Part shown: positions 6,440-7,789 of the stretch, piece after piece
How positions within the stretch are numbered: position 1 is the stretch's first letter
How the letters are laid out: each line of letters opens with the position of its first letter
From: a virus
Lineage: Duplodnaviria > Heunggongvirae > Uroviricota > Caudoviricetes
Length of the DNA stretch: 7,789 nucleotides
Virus record (IMG/VR): IMGVR_UViG_2671180864_000008
Reading direction: 5' to 3' (one strand)
The notes under the pieces: model-generated
Seen by the model: only the letters and a program-made list of their open reading frames with translations
What the model was told of the DNA's origin: nothing
Database searches by the model: none
Position numbers and translations under genes: made by a program

Positions 6440-6469
6440 ATTCTATTCCGGCACCATCTAAAACTTCAA
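6440..6469 (-). promoter_or_regulatory. Candidate sigma70 promoter for the 6357..4311 gene block
   Basis: Minus strand TTGAAG, 18-nt spacer, TAGAAT, located between the hok terminator and the 86-aa ORF. Motif match only. Confidence 0.3.
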
Positions 6470-6476
6470 ACGCGTT

Positions 6477-6507
6477 GAAAATAAAAACAAAAACCCGCCG
6501 AAGCGGG
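6477..6507 (-). terminator. Intrinsic terminator of the hok transcript
   Basis: Minus strand CCCGC-TTCG-GCGGG followed by TTTTTGTTTTTATTTT. Confidence 0.75.
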
Positions 6508-6577
6508 TTAAGTGTGGGTGCATTGAGGATGCCTGACCCATCAGAGGTGGCGAGGGATTTCTCCCCCGCCTGGTCTC

Positions 6578-6733
6578 TTACTCCTCAGGTTCGTAAGCTG
6601 TGAAGACAGCGACCTCCGTCTGGCCGGTTCGAATTCGTACCTCGCAGAGGTCTTTCCTCGTTACCAGTGCCGTCACTATGACGGTTAAACAGATGACGAT
6701 CAGGGCGATTAACATCGCCTTTTGCTGCTTCAT
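6578..6733 (-). CDS. hokD: Hok/Gef-family type I toxin, 51 aa
   Basis: Translation from the internal ATG at 6733 (MKQQKAMLIALIVICLTVIVTALVTRKDLCEVRIRTGQTEVAVFTAYEPEE) matches HokD/RelF as I recall it. AAGGAG Shine-Dalgarno upstream. The track ORF extends in frame to an ATG at 6790 (70 aa). Confidence 0.85.
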   Translation of the reverse strand: MKQQKAMLIALIVICLTVIVTALVTRKDLCEVRIRTGQTEVAVFTAYEPEE

Positions 6734-6885
6734 AGCCTGCTTCTCCTTGCCTTTCGGCACGTAAGAGGCTAACCTAGATTTGCCGTTCATAGATTGAGCC
6801 TCAGATTAATGTTAAGCGTCTTGCCGGACGCGTAATGTTAACTGGGGCTTTTCTCTATCTGCCTTTTGGTGTTCATGCCTGAGAC

Positions 6886-6915
6886 AGATAGCCTCAAGCA
6901 CCCGCTGCAATTCTA
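6886..6915 (-). promoter_or_regulatory. Candidate hok promoter -10 (TAGAAT) and 5' tac-like element of the hok mRNA
   Basis: Minus strand TAGAAT at 6915..6910. The mRNA 5' segment GGGTGCTTGAGG (about 6898..6887) is complementary to the 3' segment CCTCAATGCACCC (about 6531..6519), consistent with the fbi/tac fold-back typical of hok mRNAs. Confidence 0.4.
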
Positions 6916-7024
6916 CTTAACTCTCCTTTTCCCGCAAACCGTTTTTATCCCCAGCGGCAAATCGAATACACCACCAGCGCCACCGCCATCGCAATTCCTA
7001 CCGTTGTTAATGCTTCAGGCCAGG

Positions 7025-7369
7025 TCATCGTAAAATATCCTCCACGCTTATCAGTCCGTTCCGCTCCAGATAACTCATCGCCTTATCCGGTAATTTGCAG
7101 TCTGGCTTCGCTTTCCTCAGTTGCCAGGTTAACTGCTTTACCAGCATGGTTAACTCATCGACCAGACGCTGATATCCCACTGGTTTGTATTCATGCAATT
7201 TACCGGCTGGCTCTGCTGCCAGCGATACCAGTGCGATTTCCAGAACAGCAATATCCATCTTATATGTGCGGATGATGTCATGGTCGATTGTGCCCGGTAT
7301 GCACAGTCTCTGTGCTTCAATAGTCTCCTCTGCGTGAGCTATTAACTGCTCTCTGGTAAAAGTCGTCAT
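7025..7369 (-). CDS. Hypothetical protein, 114 aa; paralog of the upstream 55-aa ORF
   Basis: ATG start overlapping the upstream stop (ATGA), Shine-Dalgarno GGGG. Shares the N-terminal MTTxT(K/R)E(R/Q) and the internal IAL(A/V)SL(E/A)AEP motif with ORF 7366..7533. Confidence 0.5.
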   Translation of the reverse strand: MTTFTREQLIAHAEETIEAQRLCIPGTIDHDIIRTYKMDIAVLEIALVSLAAEPAGKLHEYKPVGYQRLVDELTMLVKQLTWQLRKAKPDCKLPDKAMSYLERNGLISVEDILR

Positions 7370-7533
7370 GCCGTAGCCCCTTCTTGATATTTTTCAAACC
7401 AGAACACAACCGGCTCTGCTTCCAGCGATGCCAGCGCAATCCGTGCCAGTTCCATTTGTTCACCACGGGTAAGCCCGTTTTCAAGCGGGTTTTTAATGAA
7501 CAATTCAATACGTTCTTTGGTAATAGTGGTCAT
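7366..7533 (-). CDS. Hypothetical small protein, 55 aa (not in the supplied ORF track)
   Basis: Translated by hand: [61 protein letters not shown] Shine-Dalgarno 6 nt upstream of the ATG at 7533. Stop TGA overlaps the ATG of the next gene. Confidence 0.5.
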   Translation of the reverse strand: MTTITKERIELFIKNPLENGLTRGEQMELARIALASLEAEPVVFWFEKYQEGATA

Positions 7534-7543
7534 GTGTTACTCC

Positions 7544-7789
7544 TTAACCCGCAGTGCTTTCAACTGATGAGGGGAACAAAATCTTTTCATCAAACCCTGC
7601 ATTCATATCATGAACAGCAACACACCAATCCATCGACGAACGATTATCAAGAGCCTCCATGATTTCATCCATGCGGCGTAGGTCATACAGGTAAATGCTT
7701 TTATCGCCAATGGTGTAAAAGCCAATTTTTTTCGGTGATGGATGAGGTGTACTGGCAATAGCGGACACTACCATTTGTTCTTTTTTTAA
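7544..7789 (-). CDS. Hypothetical protein, probably 5'-truncated by the window edge
   Basis: Open frame continues without a stop to the window end (in-frame LKKEQ upstream of the ATG at 7774, which has no convincing Shine-Dalgarno). Stop at 7544. Confidence 0.4.
   Translation of the reverse strand, partial: LKKEQMVVSAIASTPHPSPKKIGFYTIGDKSIYLYDLRRMDEIMEALDNRSSMDWCVAVHDMNAGFDEKILFPSSVESTAG

Noticed and set aside
6876-7034. Plus-strand 52-aa Pro-rich ORF (MPETDSLKHPLQFY...) in the hok leader region
   Set aside because: It has no ribosome-binding site and lies antisense to the hok promoter and leader; more likely structured RNA or regulatory DNA than coding.
7317-7662. Track ORFs 7317..7508 (minus, 63 aa) and 7384..7662 (plus, 92 aa)
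   Set aside because: Both overlap the 55-aa and 114-aa genes, which have strong Shine-Dalgarno sequences, an ATGA overlap and mutual paralogy; the alternatives lack start signals.
1-7789. CRISPR array or transposase/IS element
   Set aside because: There are no regularly spaced short direct repeats, and no transposase-like ORF or terminal inverted repeats; the only direct repeat is the 48-nt pair flanking the N gap.

Overview
This window looks like part of an E. coli-type lambdoid prophage, with almost everything transcribed on the minus strand (high to low coordinates). In that direction it runs: nin-region-like small genes (7789-7025), a hok toxin locus with its own promoter, leader and terminator (6915-6477), two small unknown genes, a YdfU-like DUF968 protein, RusA resolvase, a lambda-family antiterminator Q (4314-3493), a lambda PR'-like late promoter with pause element and tR'-like terminator (3487-3389), a small ORF, a DNA methyltransferase (2920-1862), three tRNAs (Ile-CAU, Arg-UCG, Arg-UCU; 1821-1572), and then an AT-rich cargo slot (1-1571). 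This Q / methylase / tRNA layout matches what I recall of Stx-converting phages such as 933W, but no stx or other recognisable toxin gene is present at the equivalent position; instead there are unrecognised ORFs, GC-rich hairpins and an 82-nt N run flanked by identical 48-nt repeats. All protein identifications rest on my reading of the supplied translations and recalled family features; no database search was run.
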